Source: Dehalococcoidia bacterium (GTDB lineage Bacteria > Chloroflexota > Dehalococcoidia > Lucifugimonadales > CAJWER01). Taken from it: a stretch of 64,000 bases of DNA. The translations under genes were made by a program, and so were the position numbers. The DNA lies in assembly GCA_965116315.1 (NCBI GenBank), contig OZ220672.1, positions 579,208 to 643,207 on the forward strand. Reading direction: 5' to 3'. Positions within the stretch are counted from its first letter, which is position 1. Each line of letters starts with the position of its first letter. Below, piece after piece: positions 39,445-48,249 of the stretch. Below the pieces are notes generated by a model, which was not told where the DNA came from, searched no databases, and was given only the letters and a program-made list of their open reading frames with translations.

Positions 39445-41121
39445 ATGTTTGACCACGATGTTCTTGTCATCGGCGCGGGCCTCGCGGGTATGAGAGCGGC
39501 CCTCGCCGCACAGCAAAACGGCGCAGACGTAGCAGTAATCACCAAGGTCCACCCCGTTCGCAGCCACTCCAACGCGGCGCAGGGTGGAATCAACGCAGCC
39601 CTCACCGAGCGCGGCGACCCTTGGGAGGACCACGCCTTCGACACGGTGAAGGGCAGCGACTACCTGGGCGACCAGGACGCCATCGAGATCATGTGCAGTG
39701 AGGCTGGCCGCGAGGTCATAGCCATGGAGCACATGGGGGTCATATTCAGCCGGGACGAGGAGGGCCGGCTCGGCACCCGTTCATTCGGCGGCCAGCGCCA
39801 GGCACGCACCTTCTTCGTAGCCGACTTCACCGGCCAGGCGCTCCTGCACGTCCTCTACGAACAGGTCGTGAAGGCCAACGTCAGGATATACGAGGAGTGG
39901 TTCGTGCTATCGCTCGTCGTCGAGGACGGCGAGTGCTGCGGCGCCGTCGTCATGGAGATGCGAACGGGTGATGTGCACCTCGTGCGCGCCAAGGCGGTCA
40001 TCATAGCCGCCGGGGGGCTGGGCAGGGTATTCGAGCCGAGCACCAACGCCCTCATCTGCACCGGCGACGGCATGGCCCTGGCATACAGGGCCGGCGCGCC
40101 GCTCATGGACATGGAGATGGTCCAGTACCACCCCACGACCCTCAAGAGCAACGGGGCCCTGATGTCAGAGGGCGCGCGTGGCGAGGGCGCATACCTGATC
40201 AACTCCGACGGCGAGCGGTTCATGGAGCGCTACGCCCCCAATATGATGGAGCTGGCGTCCCGCGACGTGGTGTCGAGGTCCGAGCAGACCGAGATAAACG
40301 AGGGCAGGGGGGTGAACGGCTGCGTTTTTCTCGACTGCCGCCACCTGGGCGAGAAGCTCATCGACGAGAAGCTGTCGCAGATCCGCGACCTGGCCCGGGA
40401 CTTCGCCAACGTCGACATGGCGACCGAGCCGGTGCCCATCCGGCCCGGCATGCACTACCAGATGGGCGGCGTGAAGACCGACGTAGATGGCCGGACGAGC
40501 GTGCCGGGTCTCTACGCGGCGGGAGAGGCGGCCTGCGTCAGCGTCCACGGCGGGAACAGGCTGGGCGCAAACTCGCTGCTGGACACGCTCGTATTCGGGC
40601 GCCGGTCCGGCGAGCACGCGGCGGAGACGTCCAAATCGATGCAGCACAAGCCCATCGACGATTCTGAGGCAGAGTCGGAGAAGGCCGGACTGCAGGCCAT
40701 GCTGGACAGGGACGGCGGAGGCGAGTCCTTCGGCAAGATCAGGTTCGACATGGGCTCGACGATGAACGACAAGCTCGCCGTGTTCCGCGACCGCGACGGC
40801 ATCAGGGAGGCTATGGCTACGCTTGCGGAGCTGAAGGAGCGCTTCAGCCGGGTCGTCGTCATGGACAAGGGCAAGACCTTCAACACGAATCTCATCTTCA
40901 CCCTCGAGCTCGGATTCATGCTCGACTGCGCCGAGACCATAGCCCTGGGGGCGCTGGAGCGTGAGGAGAGCAGGGGGGCCCACTTCCGCACCGACATGGA
41001 AGGACGGGACGACGAGAACTGGCTCAGGCACATCCTACTCTCCCAGGGGCAGGAGGGGCCGAGCGTCGGGTACCTGCCCGTAGTCATAACCCAGTGGCAG
41101 CCCCAGGCCCGGACCTACTAG
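39445..41121 (+). CDS. sdhA: Succinate dehydrogenase/fumarate reductase flavoprotein subunit
   Basis: MFDHDVLVIGAGLAGMRAAL, HPVRSHSNAAQGGINAA (FAD-His), HYQMGG and RGAHFR motifs. Confidence 0.9.
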   Translation: MFDHDVLVIGAGLAGMRAALAAQQNGADVAVITKVHPVRSHSNAAQGGINAALTERGDPWEDHAFDTVKGSDYLGDQDAIEIMCSEAGREVIAMEHMGVIFSRDEEGRLGTRSFGGQRQARTFFVADFTGQALLHVLYEQVVKANVRIYEEWFVLSLVVEDGECCGAVVMEMRTGDVHLVRAKAVIIAAGGLGRVFEPSTNALICTGDGMALAYRAGAPLMDMEMVQYHPTTLKSNGALMSEGARGEGAYLINSDGERFMERYAPNMMELASRDVVSRSEQTEINEGRGVNGCVFLDCRHLGEKLIDEKLSQIRDLARDFANVDMATEPVPIRPGMHYQMGGVKTDVDGRTSVPGLYAAGEAACVSVHGGNRLGANSLLDTLVFGRRSGEHAAETSKSMQHKPIDDSEAESEKAGLQAMLDRDGGGESFGKIRFDMGSTMNDKLAVFRDRDGIREAMATLAELKERFSRVVVMDKGKTFNTNLIFTLELGFMLDCAETIALGALEREESRGAHFRTDMEGRDDENWLRHILLSQGQEGPSVGYLPVVITQWQPQARTY

Positions 41122-41132
41122 GAGCGCCTATC

Positions 41133-41531
41133 GTGGCTACTACGGCCCGCCACCAGGAAATCAGCGCCCGATTCCTTCGACATGCCCAGGAAGAGCTCGA
41201 CAAGGGCGACTTGCTCCAGGCATCGGAGAAGTCCTGGGGGGCGGTGGTCCACTACGTGAAGTCCATCGCTCGGCAGGAGGGCTGGCCCAACAGATCGCAC
41301 CGGGACGTTGGCAGGAACGCCGACAGGCTCGTAGCCCTGACCGATGACCCGCTCCAAAACGAGCTGCTGTTCAAGGCGGTGGAGAATCTCCACGTCAACT
41401 TCTATGAAGATACCTACGAGGACAGACCACACATCGTAGAGCACGGCATTGGGCACGCAAGGGAGCTGATAGCCGCAATGAGTGCGGCGGCAACGCGGCT
41501 GGGGAATGGGCGCGGGGCCGGGCCGACTTGA
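41133..41531 (+). CDS. PaREP1-like (HEPN superfamily) small protein
   Basis: GTG start 8 nt after AGGAG. FLRHAQEELDKGDLLQASEKSWGAVVHYVKSIARQEGWPNRSHRD resembles the PaREP1 family. Lies between sdhA and sdhB with 11- and 17-nt gaps. Confidence 0.55.
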   Translation: MATTARHQEISARFLRHAQEELDKGDLLQASEKSWGAVVHYVKSIARQEGWPNRSHRDVGRNADRLVALTDDPLQNELLFKAVENLHVNFYEDTYEDRPHIVEHGIGHARELIAAMSAAATRLGNGRGAGPT

Positions 41532-41548
41532 TAGGGGTATAGACACGC

Positions 41549-42505
41549 ATGGAAGTCACTCTTAGCGTCAGGAGGTTCGACCCGGACGCCGAAAGGCCGG
41601 CGCCGTACTTCCAGGACTACACGCTGGAAATGGACGAGGGCGCGGTCGTCCTGGACGGCCTGATCAAGATACGCGAAGACGTGGACGGCACCCTGGCACT
41701 CCGGTGCTCGTGCCGCAGCGCCATATGCGGCTCGTGCGCCATGAGGATCAACGGCGAGGCCATGCTCGCGTGCAACACGAAGCTATCGGACGTCGCCCGC
41801 AACGGCCAGCCGATCGTGGTCGAGCCGGCCGGCAACATGCAGGTCATCAAGGACCTGGTGGTGGACTTCCAGCCGTTCTGGGACAAGGTCAGGGCCGTGG
41901 AGCCGTGGCTGCAGGTCGAGGGACCGCCGCCGAGCCCGGACGAGGAGTACGTCGCGCCCAACGAGGACATGCTCCACCTGTCCGGCGTGATGGCGTGCAT
42001 CATGTGCGGCGCGTGCGTTTCGGACTGCACGGTGCTCGAGGTCGACGACGCATTCCTGGGCCCGGCGGCCCTTGCGAAGGCCTACCGCTTCGTCGCCGAC
42101 CCCCGCGACGAGGCGGATGGGTCCCGGCTGAGCGACCTCGTGGAGTATGGGGGCGTGTGGGACTGCACCAGGTGCATGCAGTGCGTCGAGGTGTGCCCGA
42201 AGGGTGTCGACCCGATGGGCAGGATCATGGCCATGAGGGACCGGGCGATGGAGGCCGGTCACACGGACTCGTATGGAGCGCGCCACACCTCGGTCTTCAC
42301 CGACATGGTCGAACACAGCGGCCGGGTCGACGAGCTGCGCCTGCCCGTCAAGACCAAGGGGATGTTCAACGTACCCGAGATGCTCAAGCTGGTGCCGGTG
42401 GGGCTGCGGGCACAGTTGAAGGGCAAGCGGCCGCCCATCATCCACGGCAAGAACCCAGGCCAGGACAACGTCCGGCGCATATTCGACAAGGCAGAGGATA
42501 GATGA
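41549..42505 (+). CDS. sdhB: Succinate dehydrogenase/fumarate reductase iron-sulfur subunit
   Basis: 2Fe-2S motif CSCRSAICGSCAMRINGEAMLAC. 4Fe-4S/3Fe-4S cysteine clusters CIMCGACVSDC and CTRCMQCVEVCP. Confidence 0.9.
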   Translation: MEVTLSVRRFDPDAERPAPYFQDYTLEMDEGAVVLDGLIKIREDVDGTLALRCSCRSAICGSCAMRINGEAMLACNTKLSDVARNGQPIVVEPAGNMQVIKDLVVDFQPFWDKVRAVEPWLQVEGPPPSPDEEYVAPNEDMLHLSGVMACIMCGACVSDCTVLEVDDAFLGPAALAKAYRFVADPRDEADGSRLSDLVEYGGVWDCTRCMQCVEVCPKGVDPMGRIMAMRDRAMEAGHTDSYGARHTSVFTDMVEHSGRVDELRLPVKTKGMFNVPEMLKLVPVGLRAQLKGKRPPIIHGKNPGQDNVRRIFDKAEDR

Positions 42506-43392
42506 GATACGCGTTTTACCCTGGCTGCGTCTCCCGCGGCGCGGCACCCGAGCTGTTTGCGTCGACCATGGAGGTCTGCGGCAAGCTCGGCATCGAACTG
42601 GACTTCGAGCCGATGCGCTCCGCTTCATGCACGGGCTCCGGCGTACTCCAGGAGAAGAACCTGCGCCTCGGCGACACGCTGAACGCCCGCAACTTCGCCC
42701 TTGCAGAGCGAACGGGCTTGCCCCTGATGAACATATGCAGCACGTGCCAGGGCGTCATGTCCCAGGCGAACGAGCGGCTGAAGTCCGACCCTGACTACCT
42801 GGCGTCGATCAACGAGGACCTGGCCGAGGAGGGCCTGGAGTACAAGGGCACCGCCGATCCCAGGCACCTCATGTGGGTGATAGTCGAGGACGTGGGGCTG
42901 GACAAGCTCAGGTCGCAGGTCGTGAGGCCTTTGACGGGGTTCAAGGTCGCGCCCTTCTACGGCTGCTATATCGTCAGGCCGACTTCGGCCCTGGGATTCG
43001 ACGAGCATCCGGAGCGCAAGGACTCGCTGGAGCGCGTCATCGAGGCCGTGGGCGCGGAGGTAGTGGACTTCCCGGGCAAGACGCTCTGCTGCGGCTTTCC
43101 CATCCTGACCATCAACGAGTCGAACTCGGTGAAGATGGTCGCCAATCACACACTCGACGCGAAGGAGGGCGGGGCGCAGGCCATGGTCACGCCGTGCCCG
43201 CTATGCCACCTGAACCTGGACGGCTACCAGCCCCAGGCATCCGCGGCTGCCAACCAGCCCATCGACCTGCCCATCATCCACCTGCCGCAGCTTCTCGGCC
43301 TCGCGCTGGGCATCGACCCCAAGGCCATGCGTCTGGACAAGCACATAGTCTCCACGACGAAGCTGCTGTCCGAGGTGGCGCTTACCCCCTAG
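42502..43392 (+). CDS. HdrB-like CCG-domain subunit (SdhE-type subunit of non-classical succinate:quinone oxidoreductase)
   Basis: MRYAFYPGC..., FYGCYIVRP and TLCCGFP cysteine-rich CCG motifs. Overlaps the sdhB stop by 4 nt. Confidence 0.8.
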   Translation: MRYAFYPGCVSRGAAPELFASTMEVCGKLGIELDFEPMRSASCTGSGVLQEKNLRLGDTLNARNFALAERTGLPLMNICSTCQGVMSQANERLKSDPDYLASINEDLAEEGLEYKGTADPRHLMWVIVEDVGLDKLRSQVVRPLTGFKVAPFYGCYIVRPTSALGFDEHPERKDSLERVIEAVGAEVVDFPGKTLCCGFPILTINESNSVKMVANHTLDAKEGGAQAMVTPCPLCHLNLDGYQPQASAAANQPIDLPIIHLPQLLGLALGIDPKAMRLDKHIVSTTKLLSEVALTP

Positions 43393-43400
43393 TTGTCCGG

Positions 43401-43438
43401 CAGAGCACTGGCCTTCGACAGGCTCAGGCCGAACGTAC
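43401..43438. repeat. Intergenic repeat, family C
   Basis: CAGAGCACTGGCCTTCGACAGGCTCAGGCCGAACGTAC, with a second half-unit at 43492-43517. Confidence 0.7.
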
Positions 43439-43535
43439 TCTCAGGCAGCTGCGCGCCACTACCCCAAAACGGCCCCCTGTGCTGGAGTAACGCTGGTCAG
43501 GCCGAACGTACCCTGACTGCGCAGGCTGCGGTTGC

Positions 43536-44384
43536 CTACTCGGTCCAGAAGGCCGCGCCGAGCAGCCCTGCGCCCGTATGCGCGCCCATGACGGGCGAGA
43601 ACTCCGTGACGTATATGTCGCGGCAGTCGAAGCGCCTCTCGATCTCCAGCCGCATCTCCTCGGCTTCCTCCAAGGCGTCGCCGTGCATCACGTTGGCGTG
43701 CACAGGCCGGCTCCCGACTCTCTCGTCCATCAGCTTCAACAGCCTCTCACCGGCGCGCCGGCGGGTCCTTGGGCGGGCGACATTCCTGACGCGGCCGCCG
43801 GCCATTTCCAGGACCGGCTTCAGGCCGAGCAGCGCCGAACCCGCATAGGCGATCATCGGGACCCGGCCGCCCTTCCACACGTAATAAAGCGTATCCAGGT
43901 AGGCCAGGAGCGACACGCGGCGCGCGACGCCCTCGGCGGCTCCGCGCACTTCCGGCAGGGATGCGCCTGAGAGAGCGGCCTGCTGCGCGGCAAGGACGAC
44001 CAGGCCCTCGCCCCCAGCGGCGCTGCCTGAGTCCACCAGATCGATCTCAAGGTCCGGCAGAGCTTCCCTGGCCGCATCGATGGCAACCCTGGCAGAGGCG
44101 TAGGTCGAGCTGAAGGCCGGCGATACTGTGATGCACAGGACCGATGAGAAGCGCCCCGCCAGCTCTTCGAACGCGTCCAGGAATCCCTGGGGAGAGGGGC
44201 CCGACGTCGTGGGCGGCTCGTTGAGGGATCTGAGCCTGCGGTAGAACTCGGTCGCCGTCAGGTCGATGCCGTCACGCAACTCCTCCCCGTCGAGTACCAG
44301 CTTCATGGGCACAATGACCGGGCCGCCGCCCGCGGGCAGCGAAGCAGCGCTGTCGGTGACTATGGTTACACTCTGGTCGCTCAT
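43536..44384 (-). CDS. DegV family fatty-acid-binding protein
   Basis: VTIVTDSAASLP N-terminus and DegV-like body. 282 aa. Confidence 0.85.
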   Translation of the reverse strand: MSDQSVTIVTDSAASLPAGGGPVIVPMKLVLDGEELRDGIDLTATEFYRRLRSLNEPPTTSGPSPQGFLDAFEELAGRFSSVLCITVSPAFSSTYASARVAIDAAREALPDLEIDLVDSGSAAGGEGLVVLAAQQAALSGASLPEVRGAAEGVARRVSLLAYLDTLYYVWKGGRVPMIAYAGSALLGLKPVLEMAGGRVRNVARPRTRRRAGERLLKLMDERVGSRPVHANVMHGDALEEAEEMRLEIERRFDCRDIYVTEFSPVMGAHTGAGLLGAAFWTE

Positions 44385-44440
44385 CCTTTCCAGGTGTGCG
44401 GGTGAGCAGGGGAGTCTGGCATGAGGCAGGGTGGCTGCGC

Positions 44441-45307
44441 CTAGTTGGCCAGGATGGTGCCGGCTATGTCGGCATTGTCCAGGACTGCGCCGGACAGCTC
44501 CGCGCCCTCGAGGGCGGCGTTTTTCAGGATGGCGCTCCTCAGATTCGCCCTCGTCAGGTCGGCGCTCCTGAGGTCTGCCGACTCCAGGTCTGCGTCCCTT
44601 AGGGTAGCCAGGAAGAGATCCGCATCCCGCAGGTCCGCCTCGCGCAGGTCCGCCTGCGCCAGGACCGCGTCCCTAAGGACGGCCCCTGTCAGGTCCGCGC
44701 CCCTGAGGCGTGTCTCCGACATCCTGGCCTTGGTCAGATTGAGCCGGCTCAGGTCGAGGCCGGACAGGTCCAGCCCGCACAGATCGGCCCCGGTGAAGTT
44801 TGCACCGGCCAGCTTTGCGCCCCTCAGATTGGCCAGGAACAGGTTTGCGTTCTCCAGGTCGGCGCCCCGCAAGTCCGCGCCCCCGAGGTCGGCGTCCCTG
44901 AGATTGGCCCCGCGCAGGTCCGCCCCCCGGAGATCGGCGTCCTTGAGCGACGCACCCTCCAGGCTAGCCCCGGAAAACCTGGTGCGGCTTAGGTCGGCGC
45001 CGTCCAGGCTGCCGAAGTCCAGCTTGGAGCCTTCCATGTCGACTCCCGGCAGCCTGGAGCCGGACAGGTCGATTCCGGCAAGCCCGGTGAACGCAAGGCT
45101 GGTGCCCCGCTCCGCGCGGTCCTCGACCTGCTCCCGGGTCAACTCGGCCGGTTGAGCCGATGAGGCGCCTGCGCTCGCGCCGGAGGTATCGTTGTACGCC
45201 GGCTCTCCAGCAGGCTCCGATATCTCCGAACTGCCGCATGCCATGGCGGCACACGCTAGGGCGGAGATCGCCAACATCGCAGGCAGTCTGCGGTCAATGG
45301 CCTTCAT
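44441..45307 (-). CDS. Pentapeptide-repeat lipoprotein
   Basis: Signal plus lipobox (LAISALACAAMACGSS), followed by a long run of A(D/N)LxG pentapeptides (ADLRGADLRGANLRDADLGGADLRGADLENANL...). Confidence 0.85.
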   Translation of the reverse strand: MKAIDRRLPAMLAISALACAAMACGSSEISEPAGEPAYNDTSGASAGASSAQPAELTREQVEDRAERGTSLAFTGLAGIDLSGSRLPGVDMEGSKLDFGSLDGADLSRTRFSGASLEGASLKDADLRGADLRGANLRDADLGGADLRGADLENANLFLANLRGAKLAGANFTGADLCGLDLSGLDLSRLNLTKARMSETRLRGADLTGAVLRDAVLAQADLREADLRDADLFLATLRDADLESADLRSADLTRANLRSAILKNAALEGAELSGAVLDNADIAGTILAN

Positions 45308-45722
45308 CGGAAGCCTCTATCCCTAGGTTAACGCTGATTCTACCACGAGCCTGCAGCGGCACGGAGCAGGGCAGGGGAGGGGAGAGGAGAGCCTGTCGCC
45401 GCAGTTCCGAAGTGGCACCGTATTCCCGCGATCCGGGGCTCGATGGTCGCCCTGACTTCAGCACTTGGACATACCTCTCAGCTTGGCGAAGCGCCATAGA
45501 GGCCCTTAATCGGTCTGCCATGACAAATGTACCGGCTCCCCACAGAAGGACGTTTCCTTCCCGGCTCCCGAAGAGCCCAGGGCTACTGCGGCGCTCCCAA
45601 GACCCATGGATGAGGTACGGCACCAGTTGAGCCTGGAGGCCAGGCGGAAGGGGCTGTTGGCCTATCTGTATTCAGTGATTGAATAGCCGTGAAAACTTCT
45701 CAGAACTCGACTGAAAACCTAG

Positions 45723-45752
45723 TTGACACATTGCCAAGACTGCCGTTAGGAT
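45723..45752 (+). promoter_or_regulatory. Sigma70-like promoter of the small HTH gene
   Basis: TTGACA (45723-45728), an 18-nt spacer, then TAGGAT (45747-45752). AAGGAGGAG Shine-Dalgarno precedes ATG 45786. The local sequence is AT-richer. Confidence 0.5.
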
Positions 45753-45785
45753 GGATTCAAGTCTCAACACTCAAGGAGGAGACAA

Positions 45786-46013
45786 ATGGCAAGGAGGAAG
45801 ACGAAGAAGATGATCGCGGTCGAAGAGAGGTTCAAGCAGCCTCTCGAGGAAATGCTGCCGCCGATGGTGACCGAGAACGGTCTTTCGGCAACAGCGGATG
45901 AGCTCGGGGTGAGCAAGGCTACCCTGGGATACTGGCTCCTGAAGCTCGGTATCAACGTGCAGAGGGTAGCGCTGGCGCCAGGCGAGTTCATCGAGGTCAG
46001 GAGAGCCAGCTAG
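45786..46013 (+). CDS. Small basic HTH-containing protein (75 aa), function unknown
   Basis: Strong promoter, Shine-Dalgarno and terminator bracket the ORF. LSATADELGVSKATLGYWLLKLGI looks like a helix-turn-helix. Confidence 0.6.
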   Translation: MARRKTKKMIAVEERFKQPLEEMLPPMVTENGLSATADELGVSKATLGYWLLKLGINVQRVALAPGEFIEVRRAS

Positions 46014-46036
46014 GTTCTCAGACCCCCAAAGCACGA

Positions 46037-46096
46037 GGCCGGATCCCTCCATCGTTCAACCCCCGATGGGTAAGGGATCCGGCCCCACTCTTTTTC
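46037..46096 (+). terminator. Rho-independent terminator
   Basis: GGCCGGATCCCT (46037-46048) pairs with AGGGATCCGGCC (46073-46084). An inner CCATCG/CGATGG stem is present, followed by CCACTCTTTTT. Confidence 0.6.
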
Positions 46097-46117
46097 AAGG
46101 GTGACCGGGGAGGAAGC

Positions 46118-46561
46118 TCAGCCTCGCCGGACGGCAGCGCGGGCCTCTCGCTCCCTTTCGCGATCTATGATCGCCCGGCGCTTGTCCTGCCTGCGCCGGC
46201 CCCTGGCCAGCCCGATCTCCAGCTTCGCCCTGTGCCGTCTGATGTAGAGCCGCAGGGCAACGATGGTCAGGCCCCGTTCATCGACCTGCTTTCCAAGCCT
46301 GAGCAGCTCCTTCTTGTGGAGCAGCAGCTTGCGGGGCCGCGAGGGGTCGTGCGTGTGAATACCCCCGGCGGAATACTGGGCGATGTGGGCGTTGAAGAGC
46401 CACATCTCGCCGTTCTCCCGCCTGGCGAAGGACCCGCTGATGTTGCCGCGCCCCTCGCGGAGGGCCTTGATCTCAGTGCCGAGCAGGACTATGCCCGCTT
46501 CCAGGGTGTCGAGTATCTCGTAGTCGAACCGGGCCCGCCGGTTCACGGCAAGTGTCTTCAT
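46118..46561 (-). CDS. smpB: SsrA-binding protein
   Basis: NRRARFDYEILDTLEAGIVLLGTEIKALREGR...HDPSRPRKLLLHKKEL. Confidence 0.95.
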   Translation of the reverse strand: MKTLAVNRRARFDYEILDTLEAGIVLLGTEIKALREGRGNISGSFARRENGEMWLFNAHIAQYSAGGIHTHDPSRPRKLLLHKKELLRLGKQVDERGLTIVALRLYIRRHRAKLEIGLARGRRRQDKRRAIIDREREREARAAVRRG

Positions 46562-46643
46562 TTCGCCAGCGGTGGCCAGGCTTGACTCCGCGGGGCCTGG
46601 GAGAGCTCGACCGCTCCTCAGCGCCCCGTGGATGCAGGCGGCC

Positions 46644-47933
46644 CTAGGCCTCGTCGACCATGCGGGTCAACTCCTCGATGGCGCGCCTGAGCTGCTGTAC
46701 GTCCTGCTCCTGGGCGTCGCGGTGGGTGACCTCGATATCGGGAGTGATTCCCTCGCCGTGAATCAGCCGCCCGGTTGGCGTGTGCCAGTGGGCTATGGTG
46801 ATGTACAGCCCGCCGCCGTTGCTGAGCGGGCGAAGGATGTTGACGCTGCCCTTGCCGAAGGACTGTTCGCCGATGATCGTTGCCCGGCCGTGGTCCTGCA
46901 ACGCCCCTGCAAGCACCTCGCTGGAGCTCGCGCTGCGCTCGTTGATGAGCATCACCATCGGCACGTCGGTAGCTATCTGCAGGCCAGGCCTGACCGGCCA
47001 GTTCTGCCGGGTCCCGTCGCCCTTCTCGACGTAGAGCACCAGGTCGTCTTCGGGATTCAGGAAGAGGCTGGCGATGCCCACCACGGAGTCCAGGGTACCG
47101 CCGTCGTTGTCGCGGACGTCCAGGATAATGCCCTCCGCGCCCGCCTCGACGGCCTGCAGGACCGTCTCCCTGAGGTCGTCCGGAGTGGTCGGGTAGAACT
47201 GCTCGATCCTCACGTGTGCAAAGCGGTCGTCAGGCTGGCTCCTCAGCCTCACGCTGACCAGGGGGATTTCGTCGCGGATGACGGCTATGAGGACCGGGTC
47301 GAGGGCGCCCAGGTGCTTGACGAGGAGCTCGACAGTGCTGCCCTTTGGGCCCCTCACCTTGGAAACTGCTTCCAGGAGGCTCATTCCCTCCAGCTTTTCT
47401 CCGTCCGCCTCGAGGATGATGTCGCCCGGCTTGATGCCGGCGGCCTCGGCCGGACCGCCTGGGATAGGCTTGACGATGACGAGCATACCGTCGCGGTTCA
47501 TGTTCACGTGGGCGCCGATGCCCTCGAAGTTGCCTCGGAACACGTCCTGGAAGCTGCCGGTCATGATCTCCGGGCTCAGGTACGCCGTCTGGGGGTCGTT
47601 CAGGACTGTCAGCATGCCCCTGATGGCGCGCTCGGAGAAGTCCTCGCCGTCCAGCTCCGATGGGTCCACGTAGTCCCGGTTGAGCAGGGACCACGCCTCC
47701 CACACCACGCCCAGGTCGCCCGGTACGGCGTCGGGCCGGACCACGGGCTTGTCGGACGGGACAGGTTCGGGAAGGGTAGGGTATTCGACAGCTCCCTGGG
47801 GCTGCGCCTGTTCGGGGGCGACCGCCGCGGCAGGACTGCTGTCTTCCGTCTCGGATGTGCATGCGAGGGCAAGTGCCATTACCAGGACTGCCAGCGCAAT
47901 CGCCGCCAATCGCCGGTCGAGAACTGTTGTCAA
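46644..47933 (-). CDS. S41 family C-terminal processing peptidase with PDZ domain
   Basis: FEGIGAHV, PGGPAEAAGIKPGDIILEADG (PDZ), NERSASSSEVLAGALQD (catalytic Ser) and GEQSFGKGSV. TTG start preceded by AGGAGAGG and TGcTAGAAT. Confidence 0.9.
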   Translation of the reverse strand: MTTVLDRRLAAIALAVLVMALALACTSETEDSSPAAAVAPEQAQPQGAVEYPTLPEPVPSDKPVVRPDAVPGDLGVVWEAWSLLNRDYVDPSELDGEDFSERAIRGMLTVLNDPQTAYLSPEIMTGSFQDVFRGNFEGIGAHVNMNRDGMLVIVKPIPGGPAEAAGIKPGDIILEADGEKLEGMSLLEAVSKVRGPKGSTVELLVKHLGALDPVLIAVIRDEIPLVSVRLRSQPDDRFAHVRIEQFYPTTPDDLRETVLQAVEAGAEGIILDVRDNDGGTLDSVVGIASLFLNPEDDLVLYVEKGDGTRQNWPVRPGLQIATDVPMVMLINERSASSSEVLAGALQDHGRATIIGEQSFGKGSVNILRPLSNGGGLYITIAHWHTPTGRLIHGEGITPDIEVTHRDAQEQDVQQLRRAIEELTRMVDEA

Positions 47934-48249
47934 GGGCCTCTCCTGGGCACTGGTGGTGCCTATCTGTCTATTCTAGCACCAGCCATGAATCAGGGTGTGA
48001 AGACCGTTGGACCCGGCAGGCTCGACCGGGAACAGGCGTCCTCGATCAGGGTGTTCGCGGCCCTCCCGGGGTTCTGCCCCTGGAGGAGTAATCTATGGTA
48101 TTTCAGGCCATTTCAGGAGGTTCAATTATATTCACGGGACTCTTCAACAAGTACGCTGGGGGTGAATATGCTGGATTGACGGATTGGAGGCAGTGCTCTA
48201 TATTTCAACGTATTCAGCATGGACGCACACGTCCTGAAAAGGTGGGCAG

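Noticed and set aside
45300-46120. tmRNA (ssrA) expected near smpB
   Set aside because: No GGGG...TTCGAC 5' end, no tRNA-like T-arm/ACCA 3' end, and no tag-peptide reading frame could be found on either strand. I also saw no tRNA-like T-arm motifs elsewhere in the window, but a by-eye scan is weak evidence of absence.
46572-48179. 535-aa plus-strand ORF, the longest in this part of the track
   Set aside because: It lies entirely antisense to the S41 peptidase gene, whose translation has clear family motifs (PDZ, catalytic Ser, GKGSV). The plus-strand translation is Arg/Gly/Val/Asp-rich with no motifs. This is a typical high-GC shadow ORF.
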